Notes: generated by a model not told the origin, from the sequence alone. Positions 17,042 through 28,158 are shown, numbered from the stretch's first letter. The stretch: DNA of 64,000 nt from Paraburkholderia sp. (GCA_035636295.1 DASPZL010000440.1:5404-69403); one strand, 5' to 3'. Program-made: numbers and translations.

Positions 17042-18994
17042 ATGGCAGAGCCGCTCGATCTTTCCCGCCGTAAAGCCCTGAAACTACTCGCCGGTGTACC
17101 GATGCTGCCGTTAGGCGGCCTCGCCACGGCGTCGATGCTCACCGCGTGCGGCGGCACCGACGACCTGGCGACGCCGGTCAAACCGGTAGCCAACTTCGCC
17201 TCGGCAGCGTTCAACGGCATGGCCGCGCCCACGCTCGCCGATCCCGCCGCGATGGCGAAAACCACGGTCGGCTCGACCCTCACCGTGCAATTGAGCGACG
17301 GCAGCAGCCGCACCTTCAAGCTCGCCTATCAGCCGTTTTTCATCACCGGCGACAGCGTGCCGAACATCAAGGGCGGCACGATCCTGGCCGGCGGCTATTT
17401 CGACATCAACAATCAGCCGATCATCGATACGTCGGTCGCGGGTAAGGAACGCCAGTTCTATTCGGATTGCCCGGACGGCAGTTCGCTGATTCGCCTCGAC
17501 AATCCGACGGTGAAGGGTCTGAAGGGTAACGCGGTATTCGCGGTCGTGCAGTTCGAATACGCGACGCGCGACCAGAGCCTGAAGTCGATGTACGGTCAAC
17601 TGCCGTCGCCGATCGCCGTGCTGACGCTCGACCAGGAGCCGGCTACCGGCAAGCTGACGCTGGTGGGCTATCACAACGTCGATACGTCGGCGGCGCATGG
17701 CTTGTGGATCACCTGCGGCGCGAGCCTGTCGCCGTGGAACACGCATCTGTCGAGCGAAGAGTACGAACCGGACGCGGCGACGATCGCCGCCAATACCCAG
17801 TTCAAGGGCTTCAGCCGCAGTCTGTACGGCAACGAAACGACCGCGAACCCGTATCACTATGGACATCTGCCGGAAGTGACCGTGAATCCGGACGGCACCG
17901 GCACGATCAGGAAGCACTACTGCCTCGGCCGCATCTCGCACGAACTGATTCAGGTGATGCCGGACAAGCGCACCGTGCTGATGGGCGACGACGCGACCAA
18001 CGGCGGCCTCTTCATGTTCATCGCGGATCGCGAAGCCGATCTGTCTGCGGGCACGCTGTATGTCGCGAAGTGGACGCAGGTGTCCTCGAGCGGCGCGGGC
18101 GCGGCGACGCTCTCGTGGATCAACCTGGGCCACGCGAGCAGCGGCGAGATCGAGGCCCTCGCCAATCAGCTGACCGCGGCCGACATCATGGACGTCGCGA
18201 CCAAGGACCCGCTCGATACGACGTACACGAAGATCAACTACAACGGCACCTTCAACTGGGTGCGCATCAAGCCGGGCATGAACAAGGCGGCGACGTTCCT
18301 CGAAACGCACCGCTATGCGGCGCTCGCCGGCGGCAGCATGGGCTTCACCAAACTCGAAGGCACGACGGTCAATATCAAGGACAAGGTGCTGTATTCCGCG
18401 ATGTCGCGCGTCGAGAAATCGATGGTGCGCGGCAATGCCGCCTCGACCGATGTCGCCGTCGACAAAACCATCAGCGCCGGCGCTGTTTACGCGCTGAACA
18501 TGAAGGGCGGCCAGCTGGACCGCAGCGGCGGCGCGATCAATAGCGAGTGGGTGCCGGCGGACATGGCCGCGCCCGCGGCGCTGGTCGGCGAGGATCTCGC
18601 TGCTGCCGACGCGCTCGGCAACACCGCGAACCCGGACCGCATTGCGAATCCGGACAACCTCAAGTTCTCGGAAAAACTGCGCACGCTGTTTATCGGCGAG
18701 GACAGCGGCATGCACGTGAACAACTTCCTGTGGGCGTACAACGTCGACACGAAGACGCTCTCGCGCGTGCTGTCGTGCCCGGCGGGCGCGGAGTCGACGG
18801 GCCTGCATGCGGTCGACGAAATCAACGGCTGGACTTACGTGATGAGCAACTTCCAGCACGTCGGCGATTGGGAAAGTCCGTTGCACGACAAGGTCCAATC
18901 GACGCTCGATCCGCTGGTGCGGGCGAACTACAAGGACCGCTTCGGCGCGACGGTGGGGTATCTGACGGCGGATCCGGCGGGGATCAAGCTGTAA
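17042..18994 (+). CDS. phoX: PhoX-family alkaline phosphatase (DUF839), probable Tat-exported lipoprotein
   Basis: Tat motif SRRKALK, lipobox LTAC; CGASLSPWNTHLSSEE, GRISHE, KLEG, NPDNL, IGED, AESTG, NFQH; upstream Pho box. Confidence 0.85.
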   Translation: MAEPLDLSRRKALKLLAGVPMLPLGGLATASMLTACGGTDDLATPVKPVANFASAAFNGMAAPTLADPAAMAKTTVGSTLTVQLSDGSSRTFKLAYQPFFITGDSVPNIKGGTILAGGYFDINNQPIIDTSVAGKERQFYSDCPDGSSLIRLDNPTVKGLKGNAVFAVVQFEYATRDQSLKSMYGQLPSPIAVLTLDQEPATGKLTLVGYHNVDTSAAHGLWITCGASLSPWNTHLSSEEYEPDAATIAANTQFKGFSRSLYGNETTANPYHYGHLPEVTVNPDGTGTIRKHYCLGRISHELIQVMPDKRTVLMGDDATNGGLFMFIADREADLSAGTLYVAKWTQVSSSGAGAATLSWINLGHASSGEIEALANQLTAADIMDVATKDPLDTTYTKINYNGTFNWVRIKPGMNKAATFLETHRYAALAGGSMGFTKLEGTTVNIKDKVLYSAMSRVEKSMVRGNAASTDVAVDKTISAGAVYALNMKGGQLDRSGGAINSEWVPADMAAPAALVGEDLAAADALGNTANPDRIANPDNLKFSEKLRTLFIGEDSGMHVNNFLWAYNVDTKTLSRVLSCPAGAESTGLHAVDEINGWTYVMSNFQHVGDWESPLHDKVQSTLDPLVRANYKDRFGATVGYLTADPAGIKL

Positions 18995-19104
18995 GGGCGA
19001 GCGGCGCGGCATCTGCGCGCCATAGGCCATCCGGCTGAGGAGCCACCGAGGGGGAATCTCACGATAATTTGTGATGTCCCCGTGCAAACGTCGCGGCCGC
19101 CGCC

Positions 19105-19536
19105 TCAACTCCGCTTACAAAAGATCGCCGTCACAAGCGGCGCGACGCGATGCACGATCGCCGTGCTGCCGGTCCCGGCTACGGCGTTCCGTACCTTGGA
19201 TTCGCTGCCGAACACCACGACGCCATAGGCGGAGCTAGCGACCGGTTCGCCATCTCCGACCCGGAATATCGGGTCGTCTTTTTCGTAGCCGACCACCGCG
19301 AACACATGAAAACCGAACGCGGTCAGATCGGCGCCCGACGCCGGAGAAAATGCATTGATCGAATTGCTTTCCACGCGCGACGGCTTGGGATCGATTGCCT
19401 GCCGCTCCGCGAGATCGGCGATGAACTGATGACCGCTCTCGTTGCAGGCGAGCGGCGTGTCGAGGACGGTGGCGTAACCGGTGAGCGGCAGCGCGGCGGC
19501 TAGTGCAAGAAGCACGGAAGAAAAAAAACGTTTCAT
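19105..19536 (-). CDS. secreted hypothetical protein
   Basis: Sec signal peptide MKRFFSSVLLALAAAL; Cys near each end of the mature protein. Confidence 0.7.
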   Translation of the reverse strand: MKRFFSSVLLALAAALPLTGYATVLDTPLACNESGHQFIADLAERQAIDPKPSRVESNSINAFSPASGADLTAFGFHVFAVVGYEKDDPIFRVGDGEPVASSAYGVVVFGSESKVRNAVAGTGSTAIVHRVAPLVTAIFCKRS

Positions 19537-19776
19537 GAGCGTGAACGGCGACCCATATTCGATGTAGTGTATTCACAACGGGCGGCGCATGGATGCCGGG
19601 ATCCGCGGGAGCGTTGCGAATCGAAGCGATCAGCATGGCGGGCGCAACTGGATTCGCACTTTATCCCGGTTCGGCAAATCTTGCTTCGCGGCGGACACGA
19701 AGCGGTAACGAACGAACGTCAAAGAAACATACGGGAAGAAAGCAATATTTCACGATCCCGTATATATTTCCGGGTT

Positions 19777-20478
19777 ATGAATTCGCAACCCCAAACTCCA
19801 ACGAACGTTCCACCGCCCAAAACATGGGACGCGCGGCTCGCCCGCCGGCTCGTGACGCCGCTCGTGAGCACACGGATCACGCCGAATCATCTGACCACGC
19901 TGCGCCTCCTGATCGGCATGGCAGGCGCGCTATGCCTTGCTCGCGGCGGATTCGAATGGGCCAACACGGGGGCCTTCCTGATCGTGCTGTCGAACTTCGT
20001 CGATCATACGGACGGCGAACTCGCGCGCATCGGCGGCAAGTCGAGCCGTATCGGTCATTTTTACGACCTTGCCAGCGATGCAATCGTCACCATTATGTTG
20101 TTTGTCGGCATGGGTATCGGCGTCGGCGCCACGCAAATCGGCGGCTTGATGGTGTGGCCCGGCTGGCTCGGCGCCGTGGCCGGCGTTGCCGTCGCGGTGA
20201 TTTTCTTCCTGCGTATGCGCATCGAGGAGATGGCAGGCAAGGCGGGCACGAAACAGGCATCGGTCGGCGGCTTCGAAACCGAAGACGTGCTGTATCTGCT
20301 GCCGCTCGTTACGCTGACGAGCGTCGTGATGCCCTTCGTCGTGGTCGCATCGATCGGCGCGCCGCTCTTCGCCGTCTGGGTGGTGGTCGATTACTGGCGC
20401 GTGGCGCGCCGCGCCGCTCTCCCGGCCGACGCAGCCGGCGCCGCCAGCGGCTTCCGAAAACAGTCAAATGTGGGCTAA
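19777..20478 (+). CDS. CDP-alcohol phosphatidyltransferase family protein
   Basis: TPNHLT and the signature DHTDGELAR-x7-G-x3-D-x3-D. Confidence 0.9.
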   Translation: MNSQPQTPTNVPPPKTWDARLARRLVTPLVSTRITPNHLTTLRLLIGMAGALCLARGGFEWANTGAFLIVLSNFVDHTDGELARIGGKSSRIGHFYDLASDAIVTIMLFVGMGIGVGATQIGGLMVWPGWLGAVAGVAVAVIFFLRMRIEEMAGKAGTKQASVGGFETEDVLYLLPLVTLTSVVMPFVVVASIGAPLFAVWVVVDYWRVARRAALPADAAGAASGFRKQSNVG

Positions 20479-20482
20479 GTGA

Positions 20483-21304
20483 ATGAGTACGCACGCCGAA
20501 GACGACGTGATCGCGCCAATTTCAGTTGAACGTTCCCCGGCTTCATCGCCGGCCGCGCCGGCACCCCATGCCGACCGTGCGGTCGCAAGCCGTACGCACG
20601 CGTTCGATACGCCGCGCCTGCGCAAGCAGTTCGCCGATCAGGGCGCCTTCCTTTATCTGGAAGACTTTCTCGCGCCCGAGGTCACCGCCGAGCTCATTCG
20701 GAGCGCGCGCGGCCTTCTCGATGAAGTGAACCGCAATTATTTGCCGGGCCACAAGCAGGGCGGCAGCGTAAGCCGTCATACGATCGACCGCCTCGCGCCG
20801 TTCATCGCGGAGCTGTATCGCTCGAAGGAACTGACCGGCTGGCTCGAGCAACTGAGCGGCGACAAGCTGCAGCTTTCGCCCGCCGACGACCCGCACGCGT
20901 ATGCGCTGTACTACTACACGCGGCCGGGCGACCATATCGGCTGGCACTACGACACTTCGTACTACGACGGCCGCCGTTACACGCTGCTGCTCGGCGTGAT
21001 CGACGAATCGTCGTGCCGCCTCGACTACGAGCTGCACACGCGCAATCCGGACGTGTCGGATCAGCCGGGTTCGGTGCAGATTCCGCCGGGCGGCCTCGTG
21101 TTTTTCGACGGCGACAAGCTGCGTCATCGCGTCACGCCGGCCGGCGCGAACGAAATGCGCGTGTCACTCACCTTCGAATACGTCACCGACGCGAACATGC
21201 GCCCGTGGCGCCGTTTCATCTCGAACATGAAGGACGCGATCGCGTACTTCGGCTTCCGCCAGGTTTTCCGTCAGATGACACACCGCCGCAAGGACCGCGC
21301 ATGA
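20483..21304 (+). CDS. 2-oxoglutarate/Fe(II)-dependent oxygenase (BesD/HalD-like fold; HxD predicts a hydroxylase)
   Basis: IGWHYD ... LRHRVTP ... RVSL facial triad and 2OG-binding Arg. Confidence 0.8.
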   Translation: MSTHAEDDVIAPISVERSPASSPAAPAPHADRAVASRTHAFDTPRLRKQFADQGAFLYLEDFLAPEVTAELIRSARGLLDEVNRNYLPGHKQGGSVSRHTIDRLAPFIAELYRSKELTGWLEQLSGDKLQLSPADDPHAYALYYYTRPGDHIGWHYDTSYYDGRRYTLLLGVIDESSCRLDYELHTRNPDVSDQPGSVQIPPGGLVFFDGDKLRHRVTPAGANEMRVSLTFEYVTDANMRPWRRFISNMKDAIAYFGFRQVFRQMTHRRKDRA

Positions 21305-22320
21305 CTCGCGCGGCGCTGATTCTGCTGTCGATCGGGACGGCGCTGTTCGTCGGCCTGCTCGCGTGGCAGGGTTTCGGTTCGGTCGCCTCGACGCTGCTTG
21401 CGGCTGGCTGGGGCCTGGCGCTCGTCGCGGCGTTCCACCTCGTGCCGCTCGCGCTCGACGCCGGCGCGATCTCGGTGCTGTTTCAACGGCATCGCGACGG
21501 CGTGCATCACGATCTGTCGCTGCGCGACGCGCTGTTCGCGCGCTGGATCGGCGAATCGGTGAACAGCCTGCTGCCGGCCGGCCAGATCGGCGGGCCCGTC
21601 GTGATGGTGCGGCAACTGTCGCAGCGCGGCATGCGCATGCGCGATGCCGCCGCCGCGATCACCGTCAGCACCACCGCGCAAGCGCTCGCGCAAATCATCT
21701 TCGCGCTGCTCGGGCTGCTGCTGTTCGGCGCCTACGCCGCGCACGGCGCGCTGCACGATCTGCGAACCGCAACGCTGATCGCCACCGGCGTGTTGGCCGC
21801 GATGATCATCGGCTTCTACTTTGCACAACGGCGCGGCATGTTCGGCCGGCTGCTCGGCGTGGTCTCGAAGGTGTTCGGCAAGCGCGACTGGTCCGCGCTG
21901 ATGAACCGTGCCGAAGCCGTCGACGCCGCCGTGCAGGCCATGTACCGCGAGCGCGGCCGCGTGGCGGTCAGCTTCGCGTTGAGCCTGGCGGGCTGGATCG
22001 TCGGCACGGTCGAGGTGTGGCTCGCGCTGCGCTTTCTCGGCCATCCGGTCGACTGGGTCGACGCACTGTTGCTCGAAAGCCTGGGGCAAGCGATTCGCGG
22101 CGCGGCGTTCATGATTCCGGGCTCGCTCGGCGTGCAGGAGGGCGGCTATCTGCTGCTTGCGCCGCTGGTCGGTTTGCCGCCGGACGCGGCGCTGGCGTTG
22201 TCGCTCAGCAAGCGCGCGCGTGAAATCCTGCTAGGCTTGCCGGGTCTGCTGGTTTTGCACTTCAGCGAACGAAGCTGGCAGCGGCGGCGCGCCATGGGGC
22301 GCGTGCCGGTTGTCGATTAA
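21301..22320 (+). CDS. HpnL-like / lysylphosphatidylglycerol-synthase TM (flippase-like) membrane protein
   Basis: GESVNSLLP..QIGG and IPGSLGVQEGG motifs; ~8 TM helices; ATGA overlap. Confidence 0.8.
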   Translation: MTRAALILLSIGTALFVGLLAWQGFGSVASTLLAAGWGLALVAAFHLVPLALDAGAISVLFQRHRDGVHHDLSLRDALFARWIGESVNSLLPAGQIGGPVVMVRQLSQRGMRMRDAAAAITVSTTAQALAQIIFALLGLLLFGAYAAHGALHDLRTATLIATGVLAAMIIGFYFAQRRGMFGRLLGVVSKVFGKRDWSALMNRAEAVDAAVQAMYRERGRVAVSFALSLAGWIVGTVEVWLALRFLGHPVDWVDALLLESLGQAIRGAAFMIPGSLGVQEGGYLLLAPLVGLPPDAALALSLSKRAREILLGLPGLLVLHFSERSWQRRRAMGRVPVVD

Positions 22321-22345
22321 TCCGTTTTTTTTCAAAGGACCGCGC

Positions 22346-23110
22346 ATGCGTGCCATCATCCTCGCGGCGGGCCTCGGCCTGCGTCTCCAGCAACCGCCGG
22401 AAGCCCAGTTCCCGAAGTGTCTGTTGCAGTTCGACGGCATGAGCCTGCTCGAACGGCATCTGCAAATGCTCGAAACCGCCGGCGTGACGGACGTCGTGCT
22501 GGCGCTCGGTTTTCAGCCGGAATCGGTGCAGGCGGAACTGGAGCGCATCAACTGGCCGCACAAGGTGGAAACCGTGCTGAACACGCGTTTCGACCTGGGC
22601 AGTGTGCTGACGGTGCACACGGTGGCCGACGCGCTGACGCGCGGCGGCGACGTGCTGCTGATGGACGCCGACGTGCTCTACGACGAACGCATTCTGAACG
22701 CGCTGGTGGCCGGCGAGACGGTCAACCGCCTGTTGATCGACCGCGATTTCGAAGCCGGCGACGAACCCGTCAAGCTGTGCCTGAAAGACGGCGTGCCGGT
22801 CGAATTGCGCAAGCAGCTCGCTGTCAATCTCGAGTACGACACCATCGGCGAATCGGTCGGATTCTTCCGCTTCCGCGAGGAAACCGCGCAACGTTTTGCG
22901 CAGATCGTGGCCGGCTACGTGGACAGCGGCCGTGCGAACATGCCGCACGAAGAAGCGGTGCGCGACCTGCTGCTCGAACGCAGCCAGGTGTTCGATACCG
23001 CCGACGTGACCGGCGCGCCCTGGATCGAAATCGACTTCCCGAACGATGTCGCGCGTGCGAACGCCGAGATCCTGCCGCAGTTGCAACCGCTGGTCAGCGC
23101 GTCGCGTTAA
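22346..23110 (+). CDS. NTP transferase, LicC/PntC-like cytidylyltransferase
   Basis: AIILAAGLGLRL, PKCLL, LLMDADV, GESVG, WIEIDF. Confidence 0.85.
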   Translation: MRAIILAAGLGLRLQQPPEAQFPKCLLQFDGMSLLERHLQMLETAGVTDVVLALGFQPESVQAELERINWPHKVETVLNTRFDLGSVLTVHTVADALTRGGDVLLMDADVLYDERILNALVAGETVNRLLIDRDFEAGDEPVKLCLKDGVPVELRKQLAVNLEYDTIGESVGFFRFREETAQRFAQIVAGYVDSGRANMPHEEAVRDLLLERSQVFDTADVTGAPWIEIDFPNDVARANAEILPQLQPLVSASR

Positions 23111-23348
23111 AGCTCCCTTCTGAGCGAAGCATTCCTGCTGCCGTATGGCAGCGTGAGCCGGCCGCGTGCCGGCTCACCATCGTTTCGATCTTCTTCTCGT
23201 CTTTCAAGCTTCGTTGCGCGCTCAACCATCGGGCGCGCGGTGAACATGCGGCATAAGCTAGCGTACGGAAGGCCTCGTTCAGCAACATATGTTGCGACTG
23301 CGATGCGATAATCGCGGCTTTACACCGACGGCCTTGCAACCCGTCGTC

Positions 23349-24758
23349 ATGCCAATGCCTCTCGCTTTAGGCACTTTCATTGTTCCGCTGATCGTCGCAT
23401 GCGCGATGTTCATGGAAAACGTGGACGGCACGGTCATCGTGACGTCGCTGCCGGTTCTGGCACGCGATCTCGGTCAGGACCCCATCACCCTCAAGCTGGC
23501 CGTCACCGCGTATGTCATCGGCCTCGGCGTCTTCATTCCGATCTGCGGCTGGGTTGCCGACCGCTTTGGTTCACGCACGGTGTTTCGCACGGCCATCGGC
23601 ATCTTCATGGCCGGCTCGCTGATGTGCGCGGCCTCCACGTCGCTCGGCACGTTCGTGGTTGCGCGCTTCGTGCAAGGCATCGGCGGCGCGATGATGGTGC
23701 CGGTTGGGCGCATCATCATTTTCCGTTCGGTGCCGAAGTCCGACTTTATACGCGCGGTCAACTATCTGACGGTGCCGGCCTTGCTCGGGCCGGTGGTCGG
23801 GCCGCCGCTCGGCGGCTTCATCACGACCTATCTGCACTGGCGCCTGATCTTCTTCATCAACATTCCCATTGGCCTGCTCGGCATCTGGCTCGCGAACAAG
23901 CACATCGCCAACGTGCGCGAAGCACATCCCGGCCGCCTCGACTGGACCGGCTTCGTGTTGTCCGCAAGCGGCGCGTCGCTGTTCATGCTGGGACTCTCGC
24001 TGGTCGGCAGCGGACTGGTGTCGAACACGGTATCGATCGGCATGTGCGTGATCGGCGTGCTGCTGCTGGCGATTTACGCGCTCTACGCGAGCCGCGTCGA
24101 ATTGCCGGTGCTTGATCTGCGTCTCTTGCGCATTCCGAGTTTTCACGCGAGCGTGGCGGGCGGCTCGCTGTTTCGTATTGGCCTCGGCGCCGTGCCGTTT
24201 CTGTTGCCGCTCGCGTTGCAGGAAGGTTTGGGCATGAGCGCGTTCGTGTCGGGGTCGATTACGTGCGCGTCCGCGTTCGGGTCGATCTTCATGAAGGCGG
24301 CGGCGTCGCGCATTCTCTGGCGCTTTGGCTTTCGCACGGTGCTGATGTTCAACGCGGGCTGCGCGGGCCTCGCCATCGCGGTCTACGGCCTGTTCTTCCC
24401 CGGTACGCCGCATTGGTTGATCTGGTGCGTCGTACTGTTCGGCGGCTTCTTTCCGTCGCTGCAATTCACGTCGCTGAATTCGCTGGCGTATGCGGACATT
24501 CCGAGCCGCGACATCGGCCGCGCCACGAGTGTCGCGAGCGTGATCCAGCAGATTTCGTTGGGACTCGGTGTGACGATCGCGGGCATCGTGCTGCAGATTT
24601 CGCACGACGTGCAGGGCCATTCGACGATCGTGTTCTCCGACTTCTGGCCCGCGTTCCTCGCGGTCGGCCTATTCTCGTTCATGTCGATTCCGGTGACCGC
24701 GCGCTTGCCGCACGGCGCCGGCGATGAAATCGCGCGCGGCACCCGTGGCCGCGCGTGA
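23349..24758 (+). CDS. MFS transporter, DHA2 (14-TM) family
   Basis: MENVDGTVI, GWVADRFG, RFVQGIGGAMM, GPPLGG, WRLIFFINIPIG. Confidence 0.9.
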   Translation: MPMPLALGTFIVPLIVACAMFMENVDGTVIVTSLPVLARDLGQDPITLKLAVTAYVIGLGVFIPICGWVADRFGSRTVFRTAIGIFMAGSLMCAASTSLGTFVVARFVQGIGGAMMVPVGRIIIFRSVPKSDFIRAVNYLTVPALLGPVVGPPLGGFITTYLHWRLIFFINIPIGLLGIWLANKHIANVREAHPGRLDWTGFVLSASGASLFMLGLSLVGSGLVSNTVSIGMCVIGVLLLAIYALYASRVELPVLDLRLLRIPSFHASVAGGSLFRIGLGAVPFLLPLALQEGLGMSAFVSGSITCASAFGSIFMKAAASRILWRFGFRTVLMFNAGCAGLAIAVYGLFFPGTPHWLIWCVVLFGGFFPSLQFTSLNSLAYADIPSRDIGRATSVASVIQQISLGLGVTIAGIVLQISHDVQGHSTIVFSDFWPAFLAVGLFSFMSIPVTARLPHGAGDEIARGTRGRA

Positions 24759-24836
24759 ATGATCGGCGCGGGCGTCGTCCCCACAGCGCCTTTTAGCACC
24801 TTCGACGCCCCATCGCGGGCTCGGCGAGAATCTGGA

Positions 24837-25723
<887 letters not shown>

Positions 25724-25727
<4 letters not shown>

Positions 25728-26383
25728 GGCAGCCTCAGACTGGATTCGAGCCGCCGCACGAGGTGCGCGAAACTCACGCTGATGAGCAGGAAGAAGATGC
25801 CCGCGAGCGTGATCGGTTCGAGGTAGCGAAACGTCTCCGAACCGATGTTTTTCGCCTGCTGCATCAATTCGACCACGGTGATCGCGGACAGCACCGGCGT
25901 GTCCTTGAACATCGCCACCAGATAATTGCCGAGCGCCGGAATCACGGGACGAATCGCCTGCGGAAGAATCACGCCGCTATAGGTGCGCCACGGCGACAAC
26001 GACAGCGCGCACGCCGCTTCCCACTGGCCGCGCGCCACGCCGTTCAGACCGGCGCGATACACCTCGGACGTGTAGCACGCATAGTGCAGCGCGATCCCGA
26101 CGGTGCCCGCGGTCAGCGCCGACATCGTGATGCCGTACACCGGCAGCACATAGAACAGCACATACACCTGAATCAGCAACGGCGTGCTGCGAATGAATTC
26201 GACGATGAACCCGACAGTCCGCGCAAGCGGTTTGATCGGGCTGCGCCGCAGCACAGCCAGCACGAGGCCCAGCACCAGCGCGATCGCAAAACCGATCAGC
26301 GTGATGAAGATCGTGTACATCGACGCGCGCAGCAGCGCCGGCAGAATCTGCTCCGCGTAATGAAGATCGAAAAAGCTGTTCAT
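25724..26383 (-). CDS. ehuD: ectoine/hydroxyectoine ABC transporter permease
   Basis: FIRSTPLLIQ, HYACYTSEVYRAG, FKDTPVLS, FRYLEP. Confidence 0.9.
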
Positions 26384-27039
26384 CGGACGGCCCTCTGAAT
26401 GATGCCGTGACTCACGCGGCGCTCGAAATGCCGCATCAGCGCGACGAGAATCTGCGCGAGCACGAAGTAGATGACCAGCGTGAGCGCGAAGATCTCCGCG
26501 GTCTTGAAGGTCGCCTCGTCGAGTTGGCGGGCGCGAAACGTGAGATCCGACAGTGTGATCAGCGATACCAGCGACGTGCCCTTGAGCAATTCGATCATCA
26601 GGTTGGTGGCGGGCGGCAACGCATTGATCATCGCTTGCGGCAGGATGATGCGGCGCATTCTGGCGAGCGGCGACATGTTGAGCGCGAGCGCCGCCTCGAA
26701 CTGGCCGCCCGGCACCGAACGCAACGCGCCGCGCAGGATTTCCGAGCCGTAGGCGCCATAGTGCAGACCCAGCCCGACGATCGCCACCGTAAATGGCGTC
26801 ATCTCGACGCGAAACGGCGGCAGAGGCAGCACGAAGAAAAACCAGAACAGTTGCACGAGCAACGAGGTGCCGCGAAAAATCTCGACGTACGCATTGCCGA
26901 TCCAGCGCAACGGCGTCCACGTCGCGAGCTTGGCGGCGGTCGCGACAAACGCCATGACGATGGCGAGCACGGTCGCGCAGGCGGCGATCTCGATCGTCAC
27001 GAGCGTGCCCTGGAGCAACAGGGGAAACAGTTCACGCAT
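26380..27039 (-). CDS. ehuC: ectoine/hydroxyectoine ABC transporter permease
   Basis: FRGTSLLVQLFW, GAYGSEILRGA, IELLKGTSLVS; GAGG RBS. Confidence 0.9.
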   Translation of the reverse strand: MRELFPLLLQGTLVTIEIAACATVLAIVMAFVATAAKLATWTPLRWIGNAYVEIFRGTSLLVQLFWFFFVLPLPPFRVEMTPFTVAIVGLGLHYGAYGSEILRGALRSVPGGQFEAALALNMSPLARMRRIILPQAMINALPPATNLMIELLKGTSLVSLITLSDLTFRARQLDEATFKTAEIFALTLVIYFVLAQILVALMRHFERRVSHGIIQRAVR

Positions 27040-27133
27040 GGCGGTTCCTCGCTTGCATGACGGCGTGTGCGGTTGCACGCGCCTGGGAGAGCTTCACGGC
27101 CGGCGCGTGCCGGCGCGTGCGGACTTCAGGCTG

Positions 27134-27162
27134 AGTTCGCGCTCAGTTCGCGCTCAGTTCGC
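27134..27162 (+). repeat. 11-bp tandem repeat (AGTTCGCGCTC) x2.6
   Basis: read directly from the ehuB-ehuC spacer. Confidence 0.85.
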
Positions 27163-27164
27163 AA

Positions 27165-28019
27165 TTACTTGCCGCAAATCTCGGCAGCGGTACGCGTCGT
27201 CAGATTCGTTTTGTCGAAACCGAACGGCGCAACGGTTTCCAGATGATCGGGCGTGCCGAGCCATGCGTGCAATTGCTGATTGACCGCATCGCGCAGATCG
27301 GTGTCCTCGGGACGGAACGCGAGCGCGCCGTAGCCGATGTGCTTCGGATCGTCCGTGAACCTGGCGACGGTCTCGACCTGGTCGGAGGCTTTCGCGGCAA
27401 GGCCCTTCATCGTCAGCGCCGTGCCGGCCGCCGCGTCGGCGCGGCGTGCGCGCACGGCCTGCAATTGCGCGGTGGTATCGGGCACCTGCATGATCTGGGC
27501 ATCCTTCACGCCCGCATCGCGCGAATTGGCGAGCTCCACCGCGCCGGCCATGACGGCGAGCTTCACGTCAGACTGTTTGCCGATATCGGTGTAAGAATGC
27601 AGATTCTTCGGATTGCCTTTCAACACCAGCAGCGTGTCCTGAATCTGGTATTGCGGATTGGCGAACGCGACCTGTTTGCAGCGCTCCGGCGTGATGTACA
27701 TACCGGCCGCGATCACATCGAAACGGCCCGCGCGCAGGCCTGGAATCAGCGAACCCCATTCGGTCAGCACGCCGTCCACTTTCTTGACGCCCATCTTGGA
27801 GAAAATCTTGCGGGCGATCTCCGGCGATTCGCCGGTCACCTTGCCGTCGGGCGTCGTGTAGGCAAACGGCGCTTCGTTCGCATAGCCGATGCGCACTTCC
27901 CCGGTGCGCTGGATGCGCTGCAACGTCGTTTCCGCCGACGCATATTGCGCCTGCATCGTCAGAGTCGCTGCCGCGACGCAGAGGGCTCCCAGCAGTCCTG
28001 AAGTGCGCTTCGCTTTCAT
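27165..28019 (-). CDS. ehuB: ectoine/hydroxyectoine ABC transporter substrate-binding protein
   Basis: signal peptide; GYANEAPFAY, TGESPE, EWGSLIPGL, AGMYITPERC. Confidence 0.9.
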   Translation of the reverse strand: MKAKRTSGLLGALCVAAATLTMQAQYASAETTLQRIQRTGEVRIGYANEAPFAYTTPDGKVTGESPEIARKIFSKMGVKKVDGVLTEWGSLIPGLRAGRFDVIAAGMYITPERCKQVAFANPQYQIQDTLLVLKGNPKNLHSYTDIGKQSDVKLAVMAGAVELANSRDAGVKDAQIMQVPDTTAQLQAVRARRADAAAGTALTMKGLAAKASDQVETVARFTDDPKHIGYGALAFRPEDTDLRDAVNQQLHAWLGTPDHLETVAPFGFDKTNLTTRTAAEICGK

Positions 28020-28158
28020 ATCGATCCCGTTGTGTGGCGTGGTGAATGCCGCGCTGCATCATGCCGCGCGGCAACCGAAAGGGCCTGCGTTGCCTGCGAT
28101 TTACTTGCATGGCGTCGTACCCATGAACGCAGCATACAAAGCCATTTTTTTGTTTGCG

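Noticed and set aside
17111-19108. 665-aa minus-strand ORF (and similar long ORFs at 31457-33064, 33413-35368, 37667-39727, 43599-45104, 50833-52164)
   Set aside because: Antisense shadows of well-supported genes; Arg/Ala-rich with no domain motifs.
19692-19709. CGGACAC-GAAG-CGGTAAC as a Pho box for the lipid module
   Set aside because: Two mismatches per half-site; too weak to call without a PWM scan.
20483-21304. BesD/HalD halogenase call
   Set aside because: The metal motif is H-Y-D, not H-x-G/A, which argues for a hydroxylase.
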